The position numbers were made by a program, and so were the translations under genes. From positions 31,124,001 through 31,188,000 of the forward strand of contig NC_086110.1 of the NCBI RefSeq assembly GCF_963921235.1: a stretch of DNA of 64,000 bases, read 5' to 3'. The notes under the pieces were generated by a model that ran no database searches, was not told the origin of the DNA, and was given only the letters and a program-made list of their open reading frames with translations. The stretch's first letter is position 1; every line of letters begins with the position of its first letter. The stretch comes from Mobula hypostoma (lineage: Eukaryota). Of this stretch, positions 62,536 through 64,000 are shown piece by piece.

Positions 62536-62694
62536 TAGAGCTCTTAAAGATAGCGGAGTCAAGGGATATGGGGAGAAGGCAGGAACAGGGTACTAATAGT
62601 GGATGATCAGCCTGATCACAGTGAATGGCGGTGCTGGCTCAAAGGGCTGAATGGCCTACTCCTGCACCTATTGTCTATTGTCTATTGTCTATTG
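62536..62694 (+). mobile_element. CR1 3' end with (ctattgt)n tail
   Basis: gaatggcctactcctgcacctattgtctattgtctattg. Confidence 0.85.
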
Positions 62695-63039
62695 ACTGGT
62701 GACGGCAAAATTTCCAGTGTTTTCCTGGACCACAAAACTGGGGCATATTAGACATATCATGGAGTTCAGCTAGGGTGCAAGAATTTGAACTAGTTGCCTA
62801 CAATTTTCTCTCAAAATCTACAACCACAAAGGCATAAAGATGGATGGGAACAGCTTGAACAGATTTAATTAAGAACTGGTTAATTTAAAAGTATATATGG
62901 GTTATTAGTGATTCTTTATTTAGAAATCTAATTTAAATGTCATTTTCCTCCTCGAAACTGAAAAGGACATTCAAACTGAGCTGTTAAGTTTTTGTCTTTC
63001 CACATACGCTGCTGACTGGCTAGTGTTTCTAGTTCTCTC

Positions 63040-63230
63040 CTTGAAAGCAGTGCGTCATTCCCTGTGCCCAGAAGTCTAGATCCATGAACAGCAGGAAAGG
63101 AAGACATAACAGGGCAGGTGTTCCTTGTATTTGAAATTGGAGGGACCTGGTAAGGAATGGTAGAAATGAAAGAGTGGATAAGAACTTCTCTTAAGTAATG
63201 ATCCCTGAGGACCTGAAAATAGAGAGGAAG
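63040..63230 (-). mobile_element. Ancient PLE coding remnant
   Basis: VLRDHYLREVLIHSF and NTCP resemble the PLE RRDRSLRDSLVHS / YTCP region at 290-415. Confidence 0.5.
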
Positions 63231-63623
63231 CAGAAGATGGTAAAATAACTCTTCTTGTGACTCAGATGTTTTCAAAAAAATTAGCTTTAGAGCCATTCTC
63301 CTACTATTCTAATTCACTGCTGTCACAAATCTTTAGATGGGGCCCCTCTAGATCAGATGTCTAAAGGCAACAGTTTCCCACTCAGCATCCCATGCAAAGT
63401 TGTAGAGTGTTGACAAGTGAGCACTGTTCATTTGGTTTAGATTTTCTGGAAAGGTGTCTTCTGAAAGTCATTTTGATGCTTTTGCGTATTTTCACTACAT
63501 TATACAGTATCCAGGTTTCCTAGCATTGACTTTGCGTACATCTGGAGTATTGTATCAAGGAACTGAAGGTTTCTAATCGATTTGTGGTACTTCAGAGGGT
63601 GGCTTGCTTGCTGTATTGGTGAG

Positions 63624-63980
63624 TACCATGAGACTACAGTATAAGACACAGGAGCATAATTAGACCATTCAGCCCATTGGATCTGCTCTGCCATTTGAGA
63701 AGAGTGAATTTATTTTCCCTCTCAACCCCATTCTCCTGCCTTCTCCCCATAACTTCTGATGTCTTAACTATTTAAGTACCTATCAACCTTTCCTTTAAAT
63801 ATACTCAATGACTTGGCCAGCACAGCCATCTGTGGCAGTGAATCCCATAGATTCAGCATCCTCTGGCTAAATAATTCCTTCTCAGCTCTGTTCTAAATGG
63901 ACATCCCTCTATTCTGAGGCTGTGTCCTAAGGTCCTGGACTCTCTCACCATAGGAAACATCTTCTCCACATCCACTCTTT
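63624..63980 (-). mobile_element. CR1 3' end, antisense
   Basis: caggagcataattagaccattcagccc..ctcaaccccattctcctgccttctcccc..ggaaacatcttctccacatccactct. Confidence 0.85.
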
Positions 63981-64000
63981 CGATATTCGATTTTTTTCAA

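Noticed and set aside
62940-63296. 118-aa minus-strand ORF with a strong-looking splice acceptor at 63213
   Set aside because: The peptide resembles the PLE RRDRSLRDSLVHS/YTCP region and the putative donor lies in a PLE-tail-like sequence, so it is better explained as a fossil repeat.

Overview
Eukaryotic, repeat-dense, apparently intronic or intergenic DNA. The repeat complement (Neptune-type Penelope-like elements, CR1, Rex1/Babar, V-SINE-like SINEs, Gypsy, hAT, Tigger) points to a cartilaginous fish, probably a ray; this is inference. I recognise no host protein-coding exon, and every ORF I can identify is a decayed transposon fragment. Well-supported items: three Gypsy LTR elements (2240-7133 with ~93-bp LTRs; 30355-33823; 54668-57516), two solo LTRs with TSDs, two long CR1 copies, a long Rex1/Babar LINE, a hAT transposon with a perfect 8-bp TSD plus a 79-bp hAT MITE, and two Tigger-like elements carrying nested insertions. 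The most interesting signal is RNA-level and mechanistic. Penelope-like 3' tails carry minimal hammerhead ribozymes and recur as inverted pairs. One 1.6-kb inverted unit has 445-bp arms and a 14-bp TSD, and both long inverted units have a short templated patch at the inversion junction. A 475-bp TSD-flanked non-coding element starts with an HDV-ribozyme-like pseudoknot. All calls were made by eye; boundaries of old repeats are approximate.
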